DNA of 64,000 bases from Oopsacas minuta (lineage: Eukaryota; Animalia; Porifera). Location: assembly GCA_024704765.1 (NCBI GenBank), contig JAKMXF010000298.1:62001-126000 (forward strand), read 5' to 3'. Below, piece by piece: positions 43,068 to 53,619 of this stretch. The position numbers and the translations under genes are program-made. Positions within the stretch are counted from its first letter, which is position 1. The number at the start of each line of letters is the position of its first letter. The notes beneath the pieces were generated by a model. It made no database searches, had not been told where the DNA came from, and saw nothing but the letters and a program-made list of their open reading frames with translations.

Positions 43068-46000
43068 TTAATAGTTGTCTTGAGGAGAAGATAGATTTTG
43101 TAGGTTAGTTTTCAATAATGTTAGTTCATCTCTCATTCTGTTACAAATAGAACTTAAGCTCTCTTTCCTATAAATAGCTATCTCAGAGAACTTAGACATA
43201 CTGACTAACATCTCTCTATCTCTCGAACTAGCTGTCTTCTCTAACTCCTGGTCTTCTCTCCAGTCTATATGTAGCTTACTTTGATACTGGTTCATCTCTT
43301 CTAAAAGTAAGCTACGTACCTCTTCTCGTTTTGAGACTAAATCTAGCATGTTTGATTGATCATTTGACAACTTGTCAATTGTCTGTTTGAAGTGATCGTT
43401 TTGCATCTCAACCACTCTTACCTTATTCGTAGCTTCCCAAAGAGACTTTTCTAACTCAATCGCTTCTTTTGAATACTCTTTAATAAGATCCCTGGTGTTT
43501 GCTCTTTTAGTGAGAATCTCAATCTTGAGATTTTCCTGCATACATCTTAATGCATTTGTTTCACTAGTCATTCGTAGTATTCTCTCATTCAGACCTGATT
43601 TCTGAGTCTTCAGCTCTATTACCTAAATACCAAGCAATTACTACAGATTAACCATGGATAACAGCATATCCGTCCTACCTTGTCTTGCACTAATTTGTAT
43701 TGCTCGCTAGCAGCCCTCAATTCTTCCATTACCTCATTCAGTTTGTCCTCTTGCTCTATTCTATCTGGTTCAATGAGTGCTAATTCAGTATTAATATCTC
43801 TAATAGAACTCTTCAATACTTCAATATCATGTGTATCTTTATCCTCAATTATTCTAAACTCACTACTCTCTGTGTCTAACTCAGATTGTAGATGAGTAAG
43901 GAGATTCATATGTTCAGATATTTTCTCTTGTAATACAATCATTTCTTTTGTATATTTTGATTGATCTTCTTGTGCAGTAGACATACGTTCATTACTGCTT
44001 GCAGAAAAGTCAGTCTCTTCCTTCTTTTTAGTTTGAAACTTAGTCTGTAGAGTTTGTAGCTGTATTTCAACATTATGTCTCTCTTCTGCACGTTTCTCTA
44101 ACTGATCTTTAGTAGCAATTATCTTATCTTTGAGATAGGTTATTCCAGCTGAATGACTCCCCTACGATGCATTAGTAATAATTATTAATTACAAAGTTAC
44201 AACTATTATAATAAAATGCTAATAATGAAACGTTTCCATATTGACCAGCCACTAAACGATTTTCCAATTAAGTAAACCTGTGTGAAGACTATTGGCTATT
44301 CTTAGATATCAGTTAAATTGTCATTATGGATATTTTCCATTTTATTTTCTAGATAAAATATTTACTTCTAAGTTTTCGTATCTCTTCTCAAGATCCTTAT
44401 TCTCTTGTCTTAGTCTCGTAGCCTCGTCTGCTTCGGAAAGTAGAGACCTCTTAGACCTCTTCTCAACATCTTTTACAACAGATAGTTCATTAAATACAGA
44501 TTTGCTTGCTCTCTCTAAAGCTCTCACTTCCTTTTCTAACTTCTTTTTAGTTGTTCTCAGCAGTTCATTGTTGATATCTACTTTCTCTATTTCTTCACGC
44601 AGAGTAGCTATATCCACCTGTAAATACACATTAACCATATAAGGACAACTATTGTCATATAATTATATTTACTTTACCTCGTATTTCTCACTCTTCTCAT
44701 TCATTTCCTTCCTAGCTGCAGCTTTCTTAGCCTTCATTTCAGGTATTTTGACAGTATAACCTTGTAGCAATAGAGAATTAGTCTCACTTTCATTATCAAG
44801 GCTAGCAAGATTGGATCTGCAATGAGAAAGATTGTCTTCAGATTTCTTGAGTTTACGCTTCTCAGTATTAAGGTCAATCTCGCTATCTTTAAGCTCATCC
44901 TTAACTAGATACAAATCACGTTCTCCTACTGCATTTGACTTTCGCAGTATATTTCTCTTTTCTATTGTTTCTAATACCACAGCAGTTAAATTCTCTTTCA
45001 GAATTCTATGTTTTTCAATATCTGTCTTCAATTCATCCTTTAGCTGAGTAATACGAAATTCCAGCTCAGAGATTTCTTTGTTAATGTCCTCCAAACTCTC
45101 TTTCGCTTCGTTCAATGATATCTGTATCTCAGCCCTAATCAAGGAGAATTATACTATAATTTGCTTATAATAGAAAATTTTCATAAATTATTTCAATACA
45201 AAAATCACATAGGAATTGCCTCATCAATGACTTCATCTTGCGAGAATGAACTAATTTATAAAAGTACAATTATAGGAGATATTAAGCTTCCAACCAAACG
45301 AGCATTTAATTGGAAGGAAGACCGTTAGGCACACAGATATGGCATCAAAGATGTCAGTTTAGAGATTGGCTTCATTCACTAATATAATAAATAAAGCAAA
45401 TAGCGCAGAATCAATACAGTAACTAACATGTGGAAGTATATTTTGGTATCAATCATATTGACTTTATGTATAACCAGCAATGCATTGCCTACAATAAAGC
45501 AGAATAATGAACTGATAGAAGATGAGGGTGGGAAGATCATCAAGTATACAGAGGAGCTGCTGAAGCTCTGGGTAGAATGGGAGGAATGGAAACATGAACA
45601 TTCTAAAGTATACCAGGATAACAAGGAGAATGAGCATAGATACCAAATATGGTTACAAAACAAGAATAAAATCAACACACACAACTCTGATAAAACAAAA
45701 TCACATAAATTAGGAATGAATACGTTTGGAGATTTAACACATGAAGAATTCAAAAGTATGTATCTATCGAAATCACATTATAAACTACAAAGAAATGGAA
45801 TCAAGTTCTTACCACCCCTGGGATTAAGTGACTTAGCTGATGCTGTCAATTGGACATCAGAAGGGTACGTGACACCTGTTAAAAGCCAAGGACAGTGCGG
45901 TTCATGTTGGGCATTCAGTACAACCGGTGCTTTAGAGGGACAACATTTCCGATCTACTGGTGAACTTATTTCTATGTCAGAGCAGAATCTTCTTGATTGC

Positions 46001-47307
46001 TCATCTAAATACGGGAACCAGGGATGCTCGGGAGGATTAATGGATTACGCTTTTGAGTACATTAAAGATAACGGTGGTATTGATTCAGAGGATAGCTATC
46101 CTTATGAGGGAGTAGAAAATGAATGTAGATACCGGAAGGAAGAATCTGTTGCTACGCTATCAAGCTATGTAGATATACCCAGTGGAGATGAATACACGTT
46201 ACAGCTAGCAATAGCAAGTCAAGGTCCTGTCTCATTGGCAATAGACGCTTCTCAATCCTCATTCCAATTCTATCGTAGTGGAGTGTATGTAGACAAAAAT
46301 TGCAGTAATAAAGAACTTGACCATGGAGTTCTGGGAGTAGGATATGGTGTCGAAGGGGATCTGGATTATTGGCTGGTTAAAAACAGCTGGGGAACTATAT
46401 GGGGAGACCAGGGATATATAAAAATGCTACGTAACGGTGATAACCAATGTGGAGTCGCGACAGTGGCTAGTTACCCTTTAGTATAACTCAATCTATATAA
46501 TTGTAACAATATTTGCAAGTGTTTCTCTATAAAATACATTCATGGTATATTTTGTATATTTTCTAATTATTAAAATTGATTGTGGATAATAGTTAGAATT
46601 TTAGATAGAAGAAGCGCCAATGTTTGCATTTAGTTCAAAGGCTAATTCAATGCATTCATACACTCATTGGTTTTCCTATATAACATGTAGTATTCAGGGA
46701 AATCAAATTCTCTCTAAGACAATAGACAATCTGCTCTAAACAATTGAAAGTAGTAAGAATGTTAGATATCATAATTAGAAACAATTTTAACTACAAACCT
46801 CATTGTCAACATTTCATTCAGATAGTCAATAGCAGAATCGTATTGTTTCTGTAGAGTTTTCATAGTAGGTATCAGAACGGATGTATGTAGATCAGTGATT
46901 TCTTGTTCTTTCTTCAATCTCTCCATTTCCTCTTCCATAGCTACGAGTTTATTCTGTAGATCATCTATCAGTGCTTTGTTAGACATCCTTGCAGACATAA
47001 CAACCTGCAGTATTTCCGTTTGAATGGCAGTTGGCATGTTGTCGAACTTGTATCTAAGTGCACTGCATCGAATTGTCTCAGATTCTAGAGTTTCATGAGC
47101 TTTCTGACATTGTCTGTCAATATCTGACAGTTTTGACGTTAATTTTTTGATGATAGGAATAGCATCTGATATCGAGTGATTGGGAAATAAATTTTCACTC
47201 TGTACTAGTAACTCTTTAGTACGTAATATCTCTGTAGATTCTACTTGAATTCTCTGCTGTTCAGCTTTACAAACATCAATCGTTTGCTTATCTAATGAAA
47301 GCGCCAT
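43068..47307 (-). CDS. CCDC175: CCDC175-like long coiled-coil protein, multi-exon
   Basis: LESETIRC...MPTAIQTEI...SARMSN...LNEML aligns with human CCDC175 LEIESMEL...LPNSIKREL...DARRLN...LNQTM, and the C-terminus also aligns. Intron 45135-46798 (AG|GTTTGT...TTAG|G, phase-consistent) holds cathepsin L. Confidence 0.7.
45428..46486 (+). CDS. CTSL: Cathepsin L-like cysteine protease, intronless, antisense in a CCDC175 intron
   Basis: Signal peptide; ERFNIN-like (E..R..IW..N...I..HN); MNTFGD; [11 protein letters not shown] (catalytic Cys); LDHGVL; VKNSWG. Confidence 0.95.
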   Translation: MWKYILVSIILTLCITSNALPTIKQNNELIEDEGGKIIKYTEELLKLWVEWEEWKHEHSKVYQDNKENEHRYQIWLQNKNKINTHNSDKTKSHKLGMNTFGDLTHEEFKSMYLSKSHYKLQRNGIKFLPPLGLSDLADAVNWTSEGYVTPVKSQGQCGSCWAFSTTGALEGQHFRSTGELISMSEQNLLDCSSKYGNQGCSGGLMDYAFEYIKDNGGIDSEDSYPYEGVENECRYRKEESVATLSSYVDIPSGDEYTLQLAIASQGPVSLAIDASQSSFQFYRSGVYVDKNCSNKELDHGVLGVGYGVEGDLDYWLVKNSWGTIWGDQGYIKMLRNGDNQCGVATVASYPLV

Positions 47308-47595
47308 GTGTCTATTTGCTAGGAGATGTGACTATCTTCCTATTTCTTATCAAATTAAGAGTTTGCTTTGCTAGAGCAATGTCTTTACGGAAAATATATC
47401 GTGATGTGTATTTGTATCTGTTTTTTACACCAATAACCTCCTTGGGAGTTACAACTGGCATATAGGATTAATTGCTAGGATAATATAAATACAGTAGAAC
47501 TAGGATAAGACTTACCCCCCTCAGTACGTACCAACCGAATTCAACTGTACATGAAACATTAAATAGATAAGAGTTCTGTGGGTATAAACTAAATT

Positions 47596-48567
47596 TCAGT
47601 CTAAACCTTCTAATCTATTACAACATAAAGATGGTAGAACATTCCAATTATAAATATAACCAGGAACTGTATTGAATTCCTCGCTACATATATTACCTGT
47701 CAATAGATACAGTTTGTATTTTTCTCGCATGCTGTTAGGGGTTTCCTTATGAGTTATGATATAATTATCTGTACAGCCTCTAGATTCGGATTCAGTATTA
47801 AATCTGTTATCATGTTTTCTTGTGATAGCTAGTGTACTAAGCCAAGCACCGATTGTAATATCCTCATTATTATACTGCTTAAGATAGTTTGAATTAGCAA
47901 CAATATAATGCACAAGATCAGAACTTAGAATGTAACCACCACCAAATGCAAATGGTAAATATTTATCACAAATATTCCATTCATGTTCAGCCCATTTACC
48001 AGAACGTTTTACAGAGGCTCGTCCATAGAAATAGCCCCAATACAACCTGGAATGAGGTAAAGCTTCCTCTTTTATCGTTTCCAATAAATGGTCAACAAGT
48101 ACAAAACTATCATCATCACATTTCAACACGAAATCAGTCCTGATATTTTTATTCACCCATTTGAAACTCTCAACAACTTTAGCGGTGAGCATTTTATAGC
48201 TTTCTAAAATATTTCTCAATAAAATAATATCTTGAAATAACTCCAGTTCTTTCTCAACTTGTTCTTGAAGTTTCTGTTCATTATTATTTCCGATTACAAA
48301 CTTGTAATCAACATTAGCTAATTTTTTATGTTCATTTAGCCATGTTTCTCTTATAGCTTTTCTACGCTCAACATTTTCCCCAGCTGATAGAATAAGTATA
48401 AATACCGTGTATGGATTGTCTAGCGACATAACCCAATTCCTGATTTGTGTAGAAGGACACTTTTTGTTTTCATCTGTCATATAAACGTTATAAAAATTGA
48501 AAAGTAACTGGATGAATAAAACTACGATAGTGAGAGAGAGTATATGTGAAAATCTATAATTCTTCAT
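47596..48567 (-). CDS. B3GALT6: Beta-1,3-galactosyltransferase 6 (GAG linker galactosyltransferase II)
   Basis: Type II TM; KCDDDSFV, YWGYF, AFGGGYILSSDLV, EDITIGAWL, RFNTESESRGC, YNWNVLPSLCC. Likely start MKNYRF at 48567 (TAG 2 nt upstream) rather than 48612. Confidence 0.9.
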   Translation of the reverse strand: MKNYRFSHILSLTIVVLFIQLLFNFYNVYMTDENKKCPSTQIRNWVMSLDNPYTVFILILSAGENVERRKAIRETWLNEHKKLANVDYKFVIGNNNEQKLQEQVEKELELFQDIILLRNILESYKMLTAKVVESFKWVNKNIRTDFVLKCDDDSFVLVDHLLETIKEEALPHSRLYWGYFYGRASVKRSGKWAEHEWNICDKYLPFAFGGGYILSSDLVHYIVANSNYLKQYNNEDITIGAWLSTLAITRKHDNRFNTESESRGCTDNYIITHKETPNSMREKYKLYLLTGNICSEEFNTVPGYIYNWNVLPSLCCNRLEGLD

Positions 48568-48692
48568 TTCTAAAACACTGAGCAACAAATAAGAGCTAGA
48601 CATAAAGTTCATCCCTCCGCCCGCCGGTTATTAGAAATTATAAGTGTATATGCATTTTAATATACTTGTTAACAGCTATTATTATCAGTTGA

Positions 48693-49250
48693 TTACGTTA
48701 TAATTTCATTCTCCATTTCTACAGGTTTATAATTAGTTTCCATATTACTACTCTCCTCTCTAGCTTCAGTATGACTTGTTGTTATAGAACGTATCTGTTT
48801 ATACCAATCCATTCTCCGATTCTCGAGTGTTCTTGGTTTTCTCCTGACTACCTTTAAAGTTCGTATTTTACTTCCTTGTGTGTTTGTTGCTGGCTTAAAT
48901 TTAGAGTATCTTCTTGAAATTGTATTTCTGGTGCTTTTCAACATAGATTGTATCACTGAATTGAGTAATATTTGAGATACAGCTTCCCCCTGATTAGATT
49001 CTATGTTGGAACCTGCTCTCTGGAATAATTCCATGTATTTATCACAAGTTTGCATAATCTCATTCTCAAACTGTGTGGATAATAATGATTTCAATAGCTC
49101 TATTGCTTCTAGAGTTTCACTATTATTTGTTGTAGAAGTTGATGTATTCGTGTTGTTGTTGTTGTTTATTAGTTTGTTGTGAGGCTTAGATCTCTTGTTG
49201 AACAACAATCTGGTATAGTCTAGCTGTGGAGAAGAGTTATCAGGCTCCAT
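48693..49250 (-). CDS. DNTTIP1 (TdIF1)-like protein, dimerisation domain only
   Basis: IELLKSLLSTQFENEIMQTCDKYMELFQRAGSNIESNQGE aligns with DNTTIP1 LELLRAVLQPSINEEIQTVFNKYMKFFQKAALNVRDNVGE; the C-terminal domain is not seen. Confidence 0.6.
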   Translation of the reverse strand: MEPDNSSPQLDYTRLLFNKRSKPHNKLINNNNNTNTSTSTTNNSETLEAIELLKSLLSTQFENEIMQTCDKYMELFQRAGSNIESNQGEAVSQILLNSVIQSMLKSTRNTISRRYSKFKPATNTQGSKIRTLKVVRRKPRTLENRRMDWYKQIRSITTSHTEAREESSNMETNYKPVEMENEIIT

Positions 49251-49364
49251 TTATGTAGATTATTCTAAATACACAAAAATGACAAAACCTGATAAAAATA
49301 CTTTGTGTGTAATTTGAATCGTTATATATATATATATGCACAATAATTATAGCATAATTAGAAA
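49251..49364. promoter_or_regulatory. Candidate bidirectional promoter between divergent DNTTIP1-like and MED7 genes
   Basis: Only 114 bp separate the two divergent ATGs; contains a (TA)7 tract at about 49323-49336. Confidence 0.45.
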
Positions 49365-50262
49365 ATGGCAGAAAAATCAGAGGGTGTATCAACCTATCCG
49401 TTACCCCCAATGAAGTATTATAAAATTTTTACAGATGAGAATATAGCCAGGGGACATGTACCCGAGGCTCCACCCCTCCCTACAGGAGAGTACCTTGTAT
49501 TCGGACTACCTTACCACGTAAACGATCCCCTTATAAGACCCTTAGAAGATCAGAACATAACCAGATTGTATAAGATAGGTGACGAGACTACTCGTGTAGA
49601 AGAAATGAAGAAATTGAATAAAAGCATTCTTCTAACATTTCTAGACCTGTTACATATCTTATCTAATAACCCTACTTCTCCTGATAGAATAGCTCGTATT
49701 GAACATCTACAGGTATGTATACCTTCTTTACAAATATGTACAGCGGATACTGGTTATAAGAATACCCTTGGGAGTAGCGATACATGTTCTTATAACCAGC
49801 ATAATATACAGGAAAATATGAGAACCATTTTCTAGAGGATGGTGCTTATAACCGGCATACATGTACTTTAAAATTAATTCATAATTATTGTAGCTATTAT
49901 TCATTAATCTCCATCACTTGGTGAATGAGTTTAGACCGCATCAAGCTAGAGAAACAATCAGAACAGTTATTGAACATCAATCTAAGCAAAAATTAGAAGC
50001 AGAAAAGAACATACAGATTGCTCTAGAAAAGTCTAAGAACACACTCAGCTATTGTCAGGACAAATTGAATCAGTGTTTAGCTTCCAGACCCCAATACAGC
50101 ACTGTACCCCATAGTATAATTCCAGTGACCTCACATGAAGACACGAGATACGAAGCTAATCCTACCATGCAAGATTTCAGTACAGAGAGACAACTGCATG
50201 ATGAGATGGTCACCTTATCTTCTCATTTAGAAGGCATTATCCAGCAATCTGGTGTGATTTAA
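49365..50262 (+). CDS. MED7: Mediator subunit 7, 2 exons (49365-49712, 49894-50262)
   Basis: YPLPPMKYY, PPLP.GEY.VFG, LKKLNKSIL.TFLDLL; exon 2 LLFINLHHLVNEFRPHQARET; CAG|GTATGT donor and TTGTAG| acceptor in phase 0. Confidence 0.93.
49741..49863 (+). mobile_element. MITE family B in the MED7 intron
   Basis: TA|CAGCGGATACTGGTTATAAG ... CTTATAACCGGCATACATG|TA: about 20-bp imperfect TIRs and TA TSD. Confidence 0.8.
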
Positions 50263-50354
50263 TATAACCGTATGATATGAGCTAATATGTATTGATATAC
50301 TATTACTTATACCCAATTCTTATTAATCTCATTATCTCTTGTTAAGTTAGCTAT

Positions 50355-51779
50355 ATGGATGTTCTACGAGCTTACGATCCTGCTAAATTTGTCGTAAATG
50401 CAGTTGGGATAAATGAAACTTCCGCGAGGATATTCATATCTATATCAGTAGCCTTTTTACTATCTTTCCTGTACAGACCAATTATATCAAAACAACCTTC
50501 TATTCCACAACATATTATAAATGCAGTTATAGGATCCAGTTTATTGTACTACTGCTTTGGGAATGAAGTTCTCCACTTGGTATTCGATGTAGTTATCGTG
50601 ATATTTATACTGAAGACGATTGGAGGTACATTTATAAGTCTTATTTCTACCTGGATAATTGTGTTCGGACATCTCTTATACGGGTACTATAACATTATAA
50701 CATCAAATAATGTAGCTAGACTAGACTGGACTATACCCGGATGTGTTCTATGTCTGAAACTAATCGGTTTGATATCAGATCTATACGATACTGTCCAGGC
50801 AAATAAGAGAGGAGAGACAAATCCAAAGAAAATTCCTCTAAAATCAAATAGGATAGGGGTATTCGAGGTAATTGGGTATTCTACTTGCTTCACTACATGC
50901 ATAGTTAGTCCTGTTATTAGCTTCCAAAGATATGTAGATTTTAGCAATGGGACATTATTCGACACAGAAACTATACCTAATAGTATGGGATATGGGATTA
51001 TGCGGTTTTCAATAGGTCTCCTATTTGTATCTATCTATTCGTTACTCCTACCGTATGTGCCAATTGATTATTTCGCAAGTGCTGAATTCGTTGCAAAGCC
51101 TTTCGTATATAAATTCTTCCTAGCAGCTCTGAGATATAAAGTAATTTTCAAGCAATACTCATCTATTTGGCTTTTGAGTGAAGGAGCATGTGTAGTAACA
51201 GGTCTCTCATATAAGGGCAAGAACAAAGACGGTTCTATTGACTGGTCTGGTTGTGCAGGAATACACGTTATTGAGTTAGAAACAGCTATATACATGCAGC
51301 AGATAATAAACTCATTTAATCTTACTACAAACGAATGGGTACTACAGCATGTTTACAAGAAATGTAGATTCTTAAACTCTAAAATAGCTTCTCAATCAAT
51401 ATCGCTATTATTCCTGGCTGCTTTCCATGGATTTCTACCGGGATATTTCATATGTTTCGCACACGAGATAATCGTTGTAATTGTGGAGAAACAGTTTATG
51501 GATTACGGTACAATGAAGTTAGGTCCGTTTTCTAGCTGGCCTCTAATCCTCAGAATCATTTCTATTCCATTCTTATTTCTCTATCAATTGTTTGGTATGA
51601 CATTAACAGTAGGAGTATTCCAGTTACTGACACTAGAGAGATGTCTTACCTTCATGGGAGCTCTCCATTACTACACTATATATGCGTATATTATCCTGGT
51701 GCCGATTGGTAAGTATCTTGAAATACAAGTGAAGAAGGAAAAGAAACAAAATCTGACTGAGCGAGAAAAGCACGAGTAA
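50355..51779 (+). CDS. MBOAT lysophospholipid acyltransferase (LPCAT3/MBOAT5-like), copy 1
   Basis: Multi-TM; WTIPGCVLCLKLIG, WLLSEGACVVTGL, SFNLTTNEW, FLAAFHGFLPGY (catalytic His). Confidence 0.9.
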   Translation: MDVLRAYDPAKFVVNAVGINETSARIFISISVAFLLSFLYRPIISKQPSIPQHIINAVIGSSLLYYCFGNEVLHLVFDVVIVIFILKTIGGTFISLISTWIIVFGHLLYGYYNIITSNNVARLDWTIPGCVLCLKLIGLISDLYDTVQANKRGETNPKKIPLKSNRIGVFEVIGYSTCFTTCIVSPVISFQRYVDFSNGTLFDTETIPNSMGYGIMRFSIGLLFVSIYSLLLPYVPIDYFASAEFVAKPFVYKFFLAALRYKVIFKQYSSIWLLSEGACVVTGLSYKGKNKDGSIDWSGCAGIHVIELETAIYMQQIINSFNLTTNEWVLQHVYKKCRFLNSKIASQSISLLFLAAFHGFLPGYFICFAHEIIVVIVEKQFMDYGTMKLGPFSSWPLILRIISIPFLFLYQLFGMTLTVGVFQLLTLERCLTFMGALHYYTIYAYIILVPIGKYLEIQVKKEKKQNLTEREKHE

Positions 51780-51894
51780 TAGATCAGACGATAGGTAGGA
51801 ACTGATTTACATAATTTTATGAATTACAATTTTGAATCATTCTTTGTTACCTTTCATTATGCTATAATTCTTATTATAATGTTGTATTGATATA

Positions 51895-52059
51895 CATTCA
51901 ACTCTCCTGTTATATCGAAGCTCAAGGGATGGCGATAATTACCTAGATATAAGCAGATTTCCATATGACCGATGAAATATACGGATATCTGTATTAGTAC
52001 AATTTCAGGCTTCGATATAAGCGGGTATTTCTATATATCGATATGATGGAGGTTGACCG
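51895..52059 (+). mobile_element. pogo/Tigger-like MITE, family A, between the MBOAT paralogues
   Basis: TA|CATTCAACTCTCCTGTTATATCGAAGCTCAAGGG ... TCGATATGATGGAGGTTGACCG|TA; internal AATTTCAGGCTT shared with the 40827 copy. Confidence 0.82.
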
Positions 52060-52089
52060 TACTAATATCTCCAAATATTTGTAAATAGC

Positions 52090-53502
52090 ATGGATACTCT
52101 AGTATCCGCAATGAATATGATGGACCTAGCTATTCCATTCGCTAGAATATTAAATATAGAAGATATCCCTGCTCGTATAATCATAACTCTTCTAACTAAC
52201 ATACTAATATCTGCTCTATTCACTAATCTTATACAGAAAACATCAATAAATGCGCAACACTATTTCAACGGATTAATCGGGGTAATAGCAATGTATTATT
52301 GCTTCGGTACACAGATATGGCATGTAGTGATTGATGCCATATTATTCACTGCACTAATCAAGACATTAGGTGGACAGCTGAGTACTGTGATTATTACTTG
52401 GATAACAGTATTGCCACATCTTCTATACGGCTACTATCATATAGTTATGTCTGGGATAGAGGCACGTACAATCTACTGGACAATGCCACACTGTGTTTTA
52501 ACACTCAAACTTTTGGGCCTTTCAATCGATTTGTTCAGTACGAGACAAGTTAAATCTAAGCAAAATAGCTTAGAAAAAGCGCCTTTAGAAACTGAAAATA
52601 TATCAATCTTAGAAGTGTTTGGTTTCGTATTTTTCTATCCTACATCCTTAGTCGGCCCTCAAGTACAATTCCGTCGTTATAAAGATTTCGTAGATGGCAA
52701 GCTCTATGAAAGAGATAGAATCAAAAGAAATATTCCTTACGGTATCAATAGATTTATAGCTGGAATAGTTGCTGGTCTGTTCTTTTCAATTTTAGTACCC
52801 TACGTTCCAATCAACCATCTGGTCTCTAAGGAATTCGCTTCATCTACCTTGCTGTATAAGCTCAGCTATACAGCTCTAAGACATTTCATAGCATTAAAAC
52901 AGTACTATACGGTATGGCTATTCTGCGAGGCTGCCTGTGTATTCACAGGGGTATCATACAAATCAGAAGACAAAGAAGGAAGTGTGGATTGGTCTTCTTG
53001 TGCTGGAGTGAAATTGATTCCATTAGAGACGGCATATAACACACAAATGGTTGTAGAATCATTCAATGTAACTACGAATGAATGGGCAATGCAATACGTA
53101 TATAAGCGATTTAAATTTCTAAATAACAAACTACTTTCCCAACTCATAACATTACTATTCATTTCATTATGGCATGGTTTCTATGTAGGATACTATTTAT
53201 GCTCTTTCTGGCAGATTCCTATCCTACTGTTAGAGAAAATCGTTACCCCTTTATTACTTCTATCAAAACAACCTAAACATGCACGCTATATAGCTTATGC
53301 ATTAGGGGTAATCTATCGTTATCATACAGTGTCAATTCCATTCACATTCTTCCAATTACTAACATGGGAGAGATGCTGGGCATTCTCAAGTGCGATTCAA
53401 CATTGTCTATTCATTGAGTATGCAATTGCTATACCAATATTCATCGTGCTAACCTCTATGAGACGCAAACCAAAAAAGAGAGCCGAAAATTCCACCGATT
53501 AA
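52090..53502 (+). CDS. MBOAT lysophospholipid acyltransferase (LPCAT3/MBOAT5-like), copy 2
   Basis: WTMPHCVLTLKLLG, LVGPQ, SFNVTTNEWA..YVYKR, FISLWHGFYVGY; tandem paralogue of copy 1. Confidence 0.9.
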   Translation: MDTLVSAMNMMDLAIPFARILNIEDIPARIIITLLTNILISALFTNLIQKTSINAQHYFNGLIGVIAMYYCFGTQIWHVVIDAILFTALIKTLGGQLSTVIITWITVLPHLLYGYYHIVMSGIEARTIYWTMPHCVLTLKLLGLSIDLFSTRQVKSKQNSLEKAPLETENISILEVFGFVFFYPTSLVGPQVQFRRYKDFVDGKLYERDRIKRNIPYGINRFIAGIVAGLFFSILVPYVPINHLVSKEFASSTLLYKLSYTALRHFIALKQYYTVWLFCEAACVFTGVSYKSEDKEGSVDWSSCAGVKLIPLETAYNTQMVVESFNVTTNEWAMQYVYKRFKFLNNKLLSQLITLLFISLWHGFYVGYYLCSFWQIPILLLEKIVTPLLLLSKQPKHARYIAYALGVIYRYHTVSIPFTFFQLLTWERCWAFSSAIQHCLFIEYAIAIPIFIVLTSMRRKPKKRAENSTD

Positions 53503-53619
53503 GATTCGATCCTTTGAATTAACGAACTATTTAATAATTTTAGATTATTCTAAATATAATTAAAGTTTAATAAACATCGATTTATTAATTATAATAATCA
53601 AATCAAGTAGCAATATTAG

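Noticed and set aside
45428-46486. Silicatein
   Set aside because: The catalytic residue is Cys (QCGSCWAFS), not Ser, and there is no serine cluster before the His.
47312-47515. 49-aa ORF ending AAA-TAG just upstream of CCDC175 (Euplotes-like +1 frameshift), plus a 41-nt GT-AG segment
   Set aside because: ATG 47307 already gives a full-length CCDC175 N-terminus with its own acceptor; the upstream ORF has no homology and is best treated as intercistronic or UTR sequence.
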